Positions 47,631 through 56,005 of a stretch of 64,000 nucleotides of DNA are shown here, in pieces; within the stretch, counting starts at the first letter, position 1; each line of letters opens with the position of its first letter. Source of the DNA: Myxococcaceae bacterium (lineage in GTDB: Bacteria > Myxococcota > Myxococcia > Myxococcales > Myxococcaceae); NCBI GenBank assembly GCA_035262305.1, contig DATFTC010000425.1, positions 1-64,000 on the forward strand, given 5' to 3'. The position numbers were made by a program, and so were the translations under genes. Under the pieces are notes generated by a model, which had not been told where the DNA came from, made no database searches, and saw nothing but the letters and a program-made list of their open reading frames with translations.

Positions 47631-49292
47631 TCAGCGGCTGCTGGCTTCCGCTCCCGACGGGAAGGGCGATTCCCCGGGCGGGAGGCGATAAACCTTCACC
47701 ACGTCCACGCCGCGGATTCGCACCACGTGCCAGGGCTGGCGTTGAGCAAGCTTCTCCACGGCCCTCTGATTGGCCTGGTAGAAGCGACCGGTCTGAATCG
47801 CGACGTAACAGATCCTGCCTTGGTGGCAAGATTCTTCGGGTCGAGTCATCGAGACGACCAGGTCGCCTCGACCGAAGCGCTGAGCATAGTAGAGGGCCGT
47901 CCAATCGATCTCCGTTGAGATCTCAGCTCCCGGCTCGGCGTGTTGGGCGATGTATTCGATCGCCTCTCGATAGCCGGCATCGAAGTAATCGCAATGCGGA
48001 AAATACCAGGTGACCCGACGATCGCCTCCACCGAGTCGGCTGATATAGGTTCGGAAGTGGGGCGCGTGAGATGTCGACGCCAGGAGCTCCGGTCCGATCA
48101 AAACGGCAGCGAGCAAAGCTGCGAGCCCAGTGGAAGCAAAGTTAAGGCGCACGTTGCGAGCTCGCTCGATGAGCCAAGCGGCCGTCGAACCGGCGAGCAA
48201 GAAGAAGGCCGGGAACACCGGAAGGAACATCCGAGCGTACTTTGCGCCGGTGATCGTGCCTGCGGCGAACAGGACCGCCATCCAGGTAAGCATGAGGCGC
48301 TGCGAAGGATGGCGCTTCCAGATGGCCCAAACCAGACCCGCCGCTGAGAACAACACCACGCCTGGCGTTTGCTTGACTGCGGCGAACACCAGGAAGTACC
48401 ACGGTGGCATACCGAAGAGCCCGGCTTGGAAGACGTTTGGATAGAGACGGCCCATGAAGAGCATCGTCAGGTGGGTGGCCCGACCGCCGTGTGTCGCGCC
48501 GCGGACGTAGTCGAAGATGTACTTCCAAGTCGATGGAAGGACGGCCATCCAGTTGAGGGAGATCCAGATGACGAGAGAGATGCCGATCAACTGTAACCAG
48601 CGCCGCAGCGGGACTCGGTACGCCGTGTTCGTCCGCGCAAGCCAAAAGACGGCCAGAACCGGAATGACAATCTGGTGCGGATAGTACTTTGAGGCCAGCA
48701 TTGCCGCCAGCGCGGCGGCGCCACCGACTTCGAAGCGTCGGGAGCGATCTTTCTCCCCATTGTCTGCTGCTGCCTTCGCCTCCGCTAGGCAGAGGCACAG
48801 CACCATCAAGAACACTCCGACCAAGACGTCTTCCTTGGCGATTCGTTGGTAGCCAATCCAGGTGACCGACACTGCACCGATCGCCGCCGCGAAAAGCCCG
48901 GCGGTGCGTCCGAACAGCCTCCGCCCCAGCAAGGCAACGAGGATCACCGCGACGCTTGCGACGATGGCGTTCGGCAGCCGGGTAATCGTCTCCGGCGCCC
49001 ACTGAAGCTTGCGCCCGACAATCAATGTCAGGGCAATCAGCGACTTCATCAGCATGGGGTGCTCGAGATCGTCGCCGCCGAAATCTCCTTGTAGGTACCG
49101 ATTCGCGCTTAGCCACTTGTGCAGCTCGTCGTCGGAAAAGCCTTCCTGCGCCAACCCGTGCAACCGAAACCACAGGCCCACCGCGGCGCACGCCACCAGA
49201 ACCGCGAGTGCGGGGATACCCCAAGGAACCGTTCGCCCCTTCAGCTCGAGAGCCGAGGCGAGCTCGCTGCCTGCGTCGGGTGCTACTTCCAT
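47631..49292 (-). CDS. Glycosyltransferase family 39/83 (PMT/ArnT-like dolichyl- or undecaprenyl-phosphate sugar transferase).
   Basis: Polytopic membrane protein of 553 aa with the N-terminal loop motif SDDELHKW...KSLIALTL and a C-terminal soluble domain, an arrangement typical of ArnT/PMT-family enzymes. Confidence 0.6.
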   Translation of the reverse strand: MEVAPDAGSELASALELKGRTVPWGIPALAVLVACAAVGLWFRLHGLAQEGFSDDELHKWLSANRYLQGDFGGDDLEHPMLMKSLIALTLIVGRKLQWAPETITRLPNAIVASVAVILVALLGRRLFGRTAGLFAAAIGAVSVTWIGYQRIAKEDVLVGVFLMVLCLCLAEAKAAADNGEKDRSRRFEVGGAAALAAMLASKYYPHQIVIPVLAVFWLARTNTAYRVPLRRWLQLIGISLVIWISLNWMAVLPSTWKYIFDYVRGATHGGRATHLTMLFMGRLYPNVFQAGLFGMPPWYFLVFAAVKQTPGVVLFSAAGLVWAIWKRHPSQRLMLTWMAVLFAAGTITGAKYARMFLPVFPAFFLLAGSTAAWLIERARNVRLNFASTGLAALLAAVLIGPELLASTSHAPHFRTYISRLGGGDRRVTWYFPHCDYFDAGYREAIEYIAQHAEPGAEISTEIDWTALYYAQRFGRGDLVVSMTRPEESCHQGRICYVAIQTGRFYQANQRAVEKLAQRQPWHVVRIRGVDVVKVYRLPPGESPFPSGAEASSR

Positions 49293-49408
49293 GCGCGCCT
49301 TCTTAAGTCACCTCGCGCATCGATCCAATGCGGGCAGTTGCCGGTCGCGCAGCTTGAATGCGGGCCCACGTTGAGATAAGCGCGCGCGGGGGAACCTCGA
49401 GGCAAAAC

Positions 49409-49795
49409 ATGGGAAAGCAGCTGAGAACGTTGGTCGTCGCCGTACTCGCCACAGGGACGTTCTTTCCGCGCGTGCTCTTCGCCGACGACGTGGTGCAATG
49501 CTTTCCGGGAGACCCGGTATTTCCTTCGTTCGACATGAGCTGCCAGTCGGACGATGACTGTGCGGTCGCGGTCCATCAAATAAACTGCTGCGGCACGCGG
49601 CAGGCGCTTGGCATCAATGGCCAGGAGGTAGGGCGCTTCAGCGAAGACGAAGCGATCTGCGAGTTGCAGTATCCGTCTTGTGACTGCGCTGATTTCGGCA
49701 TTCGGGCGGACGATGGCCAATCCACGTACGACCCCGACGAGCTCGGGGTGGTCTGTGCCGAGAACACCTGTACGACGTTCGTCGCACCAAAATAG
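49409..49795 (+). CDS. Small secreted Cys-rich protein (10 Cys in about 105 mature residues).
   Basis: MGKQLRTLVVAVLATGTFFPRVLFA signal, then a CFPGDP...CQSDDDCAVAVHQINCCGTRQ...CELQYPSCDCADFG...VVCAENTCTTF pattern. Confidence 0.4.
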   Translation: MGKQLRTLVVAVLATGTFFPRVLFADDVVQCFPGDPVFPSFDMSCQSDDDCAVAVHQINCCGTRQALGINGQEVGRFSEDEAICELQYPSCDCADFGIRADDGQSTYDPDELGVVCAENTCTTFVAPK

Positions 49796-49851
49796 TTTGG
49801 GGCAAAGGCCCGCGTCCCCAGAGCCCTGGGGACACCTTGTGGGTGGTTGCA

Positions 49852-50829
49852 ATGCCGCTTCGAACGCGGGGCAAGGGAAAAACTTCCCGCCCCGACTTGA
49901 CACTGCCCCCTCGATCCACGAAGCCTGTGGCTCGCTTGCCCCAATATCCGCTCGTCAAAATCGTCGCCGAGAAGCGCCCTGAAGCAGCACGTCAGGCCGA
50001 AGTCGCCCAGCTCGAGGAGCAGTTGCGCACGGCGCTTAACGAGGCTCGAGGCGCCTGGCCGACGCTCGACGTGTCCGATGAACAATTCGTTCACTACCTG
50101 GCGGAGCGGATGCCGGCGGCCGAAAGCCCGGTGCAGTGGCTGCGAACAGTACAGGCACCCGATCTCTACTTGTGCTCTGCGTGCGCTGGTGGCAATGCCG
50201 CGGCGCTGAGCATTTTCGACACCAAGCTGCTGCCTCAGGTCGTCCAAGCCATCGCCAGCATCAACCCCGAGCCGAGCTTCGTCGCGGAAGTCCAGCAGCA
50301 GGTCAGGCGAAAGCTTCTGGTCGTGGAGAATTCGCGCTCTCGAATATCCGAGTACGCCGGATTTGGTCCTTTGCTCCATTGGCTTCGCGCGGTTGCCGTC
50401 CGCACTGCGCTCAACCTGCGCCGCAGCCAGGGAAGGCAGGACATTCCGGTTCCGGACGAGTCGCTGCTCAATCTGCCGCAGAACGTGGGCGACCTGGAGC
50501 TGGACTACCTCAAGACGCGGTACCGGAAGGACTTCACCCAGGCATTCCAACGCGCGCTATCCCTGCTCACGAGCGAAGAGCGGAACGTCCTGAGGCTGCA
50601 CTTCGTGGAAGGCCTGACCTTGAGTCAGATCGGAACGGCGTATCAGGCGGACAAGTCGACGATCTCGCGTTGGATTGCCAAGGCCCGCAAGTCTCTGCTC
50701 GAGCAGACGCGGGAAGAGCTCTCGAAGAAGTTCCGCCTCGACTCTCGCGAGCTGGACAGCCTGATGTACCTCGTCCAGAGCCAGTTGGACGTGAGCATCA
50801 GCTCGCTGTTGCGCCGGACTCGGGCCTAG
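49852..50829 (+). CDS. Long (~325 aa) ECF-type sigma-70 family sigma factor with an N-terminal extension.
   Basis: Region 4.2 HTH LTLSQIGTAYQADKSTISRWIAKARKSL, and a region-2-like PDLYL...LHWLRAVAVRTALNLRR. Start uncertain (ATG 49852 chosen, no good RBS). Confidence 0.6.
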   Translation: MPLRTRGKGKTSRPDLTLPPRSTKPVARLPQYPLVKIVAEKRPEAARQAEVAQLEEQLRTALNEARGAWPTLDVSDEQFVHYLAERMPAAESPVQWLRTVQAPDLYLCSACAGGNAAALSIFDTKLLPQVVQAIASINPEPSFVAEVQQQVRRKLLVVENSRSRISEYAGFGPLLHWLRAVAVRTALNLRRSQGRQDIPVPDESLLNLPQNVGDLELDYLKTRYRKDFTQAFQRALSLLTSEERNVLRLHFVEGLTLSQIGTAYQADKSTISRWIAKARKSLLEQTREELSKKFRLDSRELDSLMYLVQSQLDVSISSLLRRTRA

Positions 50830-52840
50830 CTGCGGCCACCAGCTTGCGCCGCGAACGAGCTCGCCAAAACACGTAGAGCGCGACCGGAGAGAGGATCCCA
50901 ACTGCGCCGTACTTGAGCGCGTCCCGGCGAAACCGCCAAAGAATGGGCTGCACCTGGTCGTCAAAGTTGCGAACCAAAAACGCGCGCCCCAACAATGCAC
51001 CACCGAGACCTCCCAGCTCGACGGACTGGACCAGAACTCGCTGCTGGCCGAGCGTCATCAGAACCGGACTGGGGTTATCACCGAGGCGCTCGATGGGTTT
51101 GAGATCGCCGTCGATCGTCGCCACCTGCGTGTGGTCGGGCGCGCGGAGAACCACGCGATCCCCCACGCTCTCCTCGAGCCTGGGCAGGAAGGAATCCTTC
51201 ACCCAACGCCCAAACACCAGCGCTCCGAGAATCTTGCGACCCCGCGTCACCGGTCGCGCGAAAAGCAGCAGCAAGTCCTGGTCGGACTCGACGGGGGTGA
51301 GCACCAGCGGCGCGCGGGCCACCTGGGTTGGAGACCACAGCGCTTCCGCGGGGTGTCCCTCCAGGGCCTGATCGAGGATGTCCAGGCCACCGGGTTTGGC
51401 TCCAAAAATGTTCTCGTCGGCGCGGTTGTAGATAACTCGACCCTGGGGATCGACGAACAGCACCACGTCCTCCCCGTCGAGCAAGGGCATGTCCGCCGAG
51501 AGGATGAGATCGTGCGAGTAGCCGATTCCCTGATCCTCCGACTCCGCCGCCAAACCCAATCGCGCGTCGAGATCGTCCGCCTTTCCGAGCGCCTCCGACA
51601 AGAAGTCCCTCTTCAACACCGCTTGGGCGCGCGTATCGAAGTCCTGTAGGCGCTCGGTGGCCTTGACCCGGAACAACTGCGTCGCACGGGCGAGGTCAGC
51701 TTCGACTGCCCGGCGCGCGGAGCTCTCGACGGCCTGCTCGACTCCGAACGAGAGCACGAAGAGGATGAGCGCTGCCGTGGCGACCCAGGCGCGGTACCTT
51801 CGCGCATTAAGACCGCGCGACAGCGCCGCCAGCAGCTCGTGCATCGACGCGTGGCGCTCCTCGGGCTCGAGGCTGAGACCTTTCACCAGCACTCGGCGAA
51901 CCCAGCCGGGGACAGCGCTGCCCTTCGGCGGGGGCGGCACCATGCCGCCGTAGGTCGCTGAAGTTTTGCCGGGGTACGGCCGCGCGCCGTAGACGGCCTC
52001 GTAGAGCGAAACGCAAAAGCTGAATTGGTCCGAGCGCGCGTCGGCGCTTTTACCGCGCCACTGCTCGGGCGAGATGTAGAGCGGCGTTCCGGCCAGCACA
52101 TTGCCATCGAGCGCCGGTGCCGCTTCGGAGGCCGAGTGCTCCTCTTCGCCGGGAGCTCGCAGGCGGTGCGCCAGGCCAAAGTCGGTGACGCGGACTTGGC
52201 CCTCGTAGCCGACGAGGACGTTGTCGGGCTTGAAGTCGCGGTGGACCAGGCCGGAGTCGTGGGCGGCGCGCAGCCCCTCGCCGGCCTTGATAAAGATCTC
52301 CAGGATTTCCGACCAAGATCGCCGAGCTTCGCCCAGCCAGGCGCGAAGATCGCGCCCGCGGATAAATTCCATCGCGAGGAAGACCTGGTCATTGAAGGTG
52401 CCGACATCGTAAACGGCGATGACGTGCGGGTGGGTGAGTCGCGCCATCGACTGGGCCTCGCGAAGCAATGAGGCGCGCAGCTCCGCGGGAGTCCCCGGAA
52501 GGTCCGTCCGCAGTAGCTTCACTGCTACCTTCCGGTCCAGCTCCGGATCAAAGGCCGCATAGACCACCGCCATCCCGCCGCGGCCAATGCAGTCCAGCAG
52601 CACGTACCGCCCGAGGTTCGTCCCGCGAGGCAGGCTCGCCGCTCCTGGCTGCTCGTCGTTGACCTTTTCATCTTCTGGCGCGACAGAAACTCGCACCACA
52701 GTGGCCACCAGCGAACGGCACCGATCGCACTGATCGATGTGACGCTCGAGCGCCGCCCGGCTGTTGGGAGTGAGAAGCCCGTGCAGCGACTTCATCAACT
52801 CGTTCTCATCCGGGCAGGGGCTTGGCTCCGTCGAGATCAT
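50798..52840 (-). CDS. Ser/Thr protein kinase with an N-terminal zinc-finger anti-sigma (ZAS, zf-HC2) motif, one TM helix and a C-terminal extracytoplasmic sensor domain.
   Basis: HIDQCDRCRSLV (H-x3-C-x2-C); kinase subdomains RYVLLDCIGRGGMAVVYAA, VAVKLL, HRDFKPDNVLV, DFGLA, YISPEQ; TM helix ATAALILFVLSFGV. The 3' end overlaps the sigma gene by 32 nt (convergent). Confidence 0.75.
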   Translation of the reverse strand: MISTEPSPCPDENELMKSLHGLLTPNSRAALERHIDQCDRCRSLVATVVRVSVAPEDEKVNDEQPGAASLPRGTNLGRYVLLDCIGRGGMAVVYAAFDPELDRKVAVKLLRTDLPGTPAELRASLLREAQSMARLTHPHVIAVYDVGTFNDQVFLAMEFIRGRDLRAWLGEARRSWSEILEIFIKAGEGLRAAHDSGLVHRDFKPDNVLVGYEGQVRVTDFGLAHRLRAPGEEEHSASEAAPALDGNVLAGTPLYISPEQWRGKSADARSDQFSFCVSLYEAVYGARPYPGKTSATYGGMVPPPPKGSAVPGWVRRVLVKGLSLEPEERHASMHELLAALSRGLNARRYRAWVATAALILFVLSFGVEQAVESSARRAVEADLARATQLFRVKATERLQDFDTRAQAVLKRDFLSEALGKADDLDARLGLAAESEDQGIGYSHDLILSADMPLLDGEDVVLFVDPQGRVIYNRADENIFGAKPGGLDILDQALEGHPAEALWSPTQVARAPLVLTPVESDQDLLLLFARPVTRGRKILGALVFGRWVKDSFLPRLEESVGDRVVLRAPDHTQVATIDGDLKPIERLGDNPSPVLMTLGQQRVLVQSVELGGLGGALLGRAFLVRNFDDQVQPILWRFRRDALKYGAVGILSPVALYVFWRARSRRKLVAAARPESGATAS

Positions 52841-52901
52841 TTCGGACACAATGTAGCGGGACGGCCGCGGCGCTACCAGCGCGCCCCTCGCACCTGCTCC
52901 G

Positions 52902-53582
52902 CTACTGCGGATAGATAGGCTGCTTTCGATAGGCCTGCCCAAACTTGCCAAGATGCTTGGTGTCGAACTTGGTTTCCGTCACCTCGAGGGAGACGCTCGT
53001 CACCTCGCCCGGTTTGACGTCGACCTCGACGCGCACCGGCTCACTGCGGCGACTCCATGCGAACAGCGGATACCGGCCGGCGGGCACGCTGCGCAGGACG
53101 AACTTGCCGTCCGCTCCGGTCACCGCGAACGCCCGGTTGGGCAGCACCAAGATGGTCGCCACCATTTCCTCGTGGATATCGCAGTAGATGTCGACCACGC
53201 CCGTGCGGCCGAAGTCGATCTCGCGAGACTCGCCCACGCGCGGTTTACCCAGGTCGAACGGACGGGCCTTCGAGGTGGAAAAGACGTTGTGGATCAGCTT
53301 GTCTTCGTTGGTGAACTCGACCGTTTGTCCAACGACGATCGGCAGCTCGTCGGGAATGAACGTCTTGTTCCGCTGCGCAATGCGGGGCTTCTCCGCCGGC
53401 GGCGGAGGTTGGCTGAACCCAGTGACGTAGAGAACGATGCCGGACGCGTCCGCTTTTGGAACGGTTTGGCCATTCTCGCCACGCGTGAGGACGCGGACCG
53501 TCCCCTCCACCGTTCCGTCCGCCGCCTCCGCCGCCGCAACGCAAAACAGGGCGAGCGAGGCGACTAAAGAGCGACTGCCCAA
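52902..53582 (-). CDS. Secreted cupredoxin-like plus carboxypeptidase-regulatory-like domain protein.
   Basis: Start placed at a TTG with signal GSRSLVASLALFCVAAAEA. VVGQTVEFTNEDKLIHNVFS...VDIYCDIHEEMVATILV (H/C/H/M pattern) and AFAVTGADGKFVLRSVPAGRY (CarbopepD_reg-like). Confidence 0.4.
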   Translation of the reverse strand: MGSRSLVASLALFCVAAAEAADGTVEGTVRVLTRGENGQTVPKADASGIVLYVTGFSQPPPPAEKPRIAQRNKTFIPDELPIVVGQTVEFTNEDKLIHNVFSTSKARPFDLGKPRVGESREIDFGRTGVVDIYCDIHEEMVATILVLPNRAFAVTGADGKFVLRSVPAGRYPLFAWSRRSEPVRVEVDVKPGEVTSVSLEVTETKFDTKHLGKFGQAYRKQPIYPQ

Positions 53583-54367
53583 AGCAGCCTCGGGATGAAC
53601 GGGGGCGTCGCCGAGGAGAGACCGGTAAGCCCTACCATCGTTCCAGCCGTAACCCAGATTCTTCCACGCGTCCATGATAGCGCACCGCCGACCAGGTATC
53701 GCGGGAACGAGCTGGAGGTACTGTCCTGGAACTCCGCCAACACCTCGGTCGAGAGTCGGAATTCACCACGGGAATCGAGCGGGAAGGAGAGCCCACCGCC
53801 TACGCTTGGACGGATGAACTGGGCCAGGGGCGGCTGTGTTTCAGGCCAGGGGAAGCTGAACGTGGCGCCTGCGTTCAACACCAGGTGCAATTCATTTGGC
53901 TTGCCAAAGGCAACGACCAGATCGGCCTCCGCGCTCGAAGGGATGCGGGCCTGAATCGCGTGATGATAAGAGACGCGCAGAAGAGGTTGGACGCCCCCCT
54001 CTTTCTCTCTCGAGAAGAGCCGGTAGTAGAGCTCCGCAGAAAACGTTTGCAGTGAAGTGCTGTTGCTGGTGGCTACCACCTGGAATGGAAGAGACAGCTC
54101 CAGGTGATTGGTCAAACCAATGACGGGTGCAGACCAAATCCAATACAGCGCTGGCCTCGCATTCGGTCTGCCTGCATCGGGGTTTGCAGGAATCCGCGAC
54201 TCAGACCACCACCATTGCTCTAGCTCCACGTCCCCTTCGGGAACAATCTCTGAATCGTAGGCGAAGAGAAATGCGCGACGTCCAGCTTCGGCTTGACCGG
54301 GTGCCAACGATGCAAGCGTTAACAAGAAGAGGGTCGACCGAAGTCGCGCGCGTCTACTCCTCGGCAT
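53564..54367 (-). CDS. Hypothetical secreted protein.
   Basis: Signal peptide MPRSRRARLRSTLFLLTLASLAPGQAEA. No recognisable domain. Confidence 0.35.
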   Translation of the reverse strand: MPRSRRARLRSTLFLLTLASLAPGQAEAGRRAFLFAYDSEIVPEGDVELEQWWWSESRIPANPDAGRPNARPALYWIWSAPVIGLTNHLELSLPFQVVATSNSTSLQTFSAELYYRLFSREKEGGVQPLLRVSYHHAIQARIPSSAEADLVVAFGKPNELHLVLNAGATFSFPWPETQPPLAQFIRPSVGGGLSFPLDSRGEFRLSTEVLAEFQDSTSSSFPRYLVGGALSWTRGRIWVTAGTMVGLTGLSSATPPFIPRLLWAVAL

Positions 54368-54430
54368 GGCGGGACTTATTGTTTGGCGTCCTCGCCCGTG
54401 TCAACTCCGAATCGGTGAAATGTGTAGGCG

Positions 54431-55213
54431 CTACTGCTGAGACGCAGCCGGCGCCGCTTCGGGATCGAGGCGGCCTTCTGGAGATCGGCGATAGGTAGTG
54501 CCGAACAGCCGATCGCAAATCGGGAACGTGATGTTGAAATTCCAGCGAGTCATCAGCGCGAGGTTGTGGTGGGCGCGGTGATGCTGCCGCAGGACGCGCA
54601 CCGGAGGGAACCGGCCCACGAAGGTATGCTCGGGAAAGTGATAGGCAAAGTGCAACCACTCGTAGGTCAGGTAGTAGCCCACTCCGATTGCAACGAAAAG
54701 CCAACCCGCATTGGGCGAGATAACCAAGAAGAGAATCAACGCGATCGGCGTCGCCATTCCGCCGAGGAAAAAGAGCAACATCACCGGCGGAAACAGCACC
54801 ATCTTGAAGTCGCGAGATGACTCATAAGACATCCGGTCGTGGGTGAAGAAATGGTGGTGCTCGACCGAGTGTCGGCGAAAAATGACGCCCAGGTATCGCT
54901 GCAGTCGATGCATCGGTCCCCGGTGGCCGAAGTATTCGGCGGCGTTCGACACCAGGAAGCCGATCGGCAGGACGAGGAGCTCCTGCCAGCTTGGTTGGCG
55001 AACGCGAGAAATGGCAAACGCGATCACCGCCAGCGAGCCCAAGGTGGTGAACGCAAAATGCAGCCATCCCGAGTACCGGGGTCCGATGCTCTTGGCTCGG
55101 TACTCCGCTCGAAACTTGTCGGTATCCGCAGCTGAGCCAACCATTTCGTTGTACCAACGCGAAATATGCCAGGGGCCGGGCCGCCCGTCGACAGGGTCAC
55201 GGGTCTCCCCCAT
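54431..55213 (-). CDS. Fatty-acid hydroxylase superfamily protein (sterol desaturase / C-5 sterol desaturase family membrane di-iron enzyme).
   Basis: His boxes HRGPMH, HSVEHHHFF, HHRAHH in a 4-TM protein. Confidence 0.65.
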   Translation of the reverse strand: MGETRDPVDGRPGPWHISRWYNEMVGSAADTDKFRAEYRAKSIGPRYSGWLHFAFTTLGSLAVIAFAISRVRQPSWQELLVLPIGFLVSNAAEYFGHRGPMHRLQRYLGVIFRRHSVEHHHFFTHDRMSYESSRDFKMVLFPPVMLLFFLGGMATPIALILFLVISPNAGWLFVAIGVGYYLTYEWLHFAYHFPEHTFVGRFPPVRVLRQHHRAHHNLALMTRWNFNITFPICDRLFGTTYRRSPEGRLDPEAAPAASQQ

Positions 55214-55296
55214 TGCTGCCGATCGACCGCAGAGCTATCCTTTCTACCGTCGAGGGTCGTGGGGCGCGTTCCCTCGAGCATCAGGAAGGAGACGGG

Positions 55297-55983
55297 ATGC
55301 ACACTCGACGGGGCGGGATGTCGCTTCGGGCCAGCGCCATCATCTTCCTCGCATTCATTTTGTTGGCCAGTTGCGCCCAGCGTACGCACGTCCGCCGTGT
55401 GGCTGAAGCGGGCGAATCCGTGGCGCTGCCCGCGTGTCCGTCGCCCGTGCCGCCGGTGCCGGATCAGGCGGCGAGCGAGGGCCGTTACGGCGTGGTGTTG
55501 GTCGGTTACACCGTCGAAGTCGATGGCCGCGTCGATGAAATCGAGCTGGAGGATCCGCACGCATCGCCGATGCTCTTCGCAGCCGCGCAGCGCTGGCTGG
55601 AGGAATGCCGGGCAAGCCAAAACACGCGGCCGAAGCGAATGAGCGAGCTGCTCAGCTTTCCACCGCCAGGGGTTGCGCCTCTCCAGGAAACGCCCCTGTC
55701 GCTGGCTCAACAACCCGAAATAAGCCAGCCGCAGCGCGGCCCGAATTGCACACCGGAGCGACCGCCCGCCGTCGTCAGCGGAGGCGGCAGCATGACGGTG
55801 GAGTACGTGGTTCACAGCAATGGGCGAGTCGGCGATGTGACGCTCAAAGGCGGCGATGCCCCGCGCGCTCTGTTCAAGACGATCAAGGTCTGGCTGCAGA
55901 GTTGCCCGTACACGCCCGCGATGCGCGAAGGCAAGCCTGTTGCAGTGACGATGGTCGAATCCTTCAGCTTCCAGCGCGGCTAG
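55297..55983 (+). CDS. Lipoprotein with two TonB C-terminal-like domains.
   Basis: GGAGA RBS. Signal and lipobox MSLRASAIIFLAFILLASCAQ. Two GxxVExDGRVxxIEL / VHSNGRVGDVTL blocks resembling the TonB_C fold. Confidence 0.45.
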   Translation: MHTRRGGMSLRASAIIFLAFILLASCAQRTHVRRVAEAGESVALPACPSPVPPVPDQAASEGRYGVVLVGYTVEVDGRVDEIELEDPHASPMLFAAAQRWLEECRASQNTRPKRMSELLSFPPPGVAPLQETPLSLAQQPEISQPQRGPNCTPERPPAVVSGGGSMTVEYVVHSNGRVGDVTLKGGDAPRALFKTIKVWLQSCPYTPAMREGKPVAVTMVESFSFQRG

Positions 55984-56005
55984 CGGAGACGCGAGTGGCG
56001 AGAGA

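Noticed and set aside
48142-49224. 360-aa minus-strand ORF, Arg/Pro-rich.
   Set aside because: It lies in an alternative frame of the GT39/ArnT-like membrane protein gene. Its composition is not protein-like.
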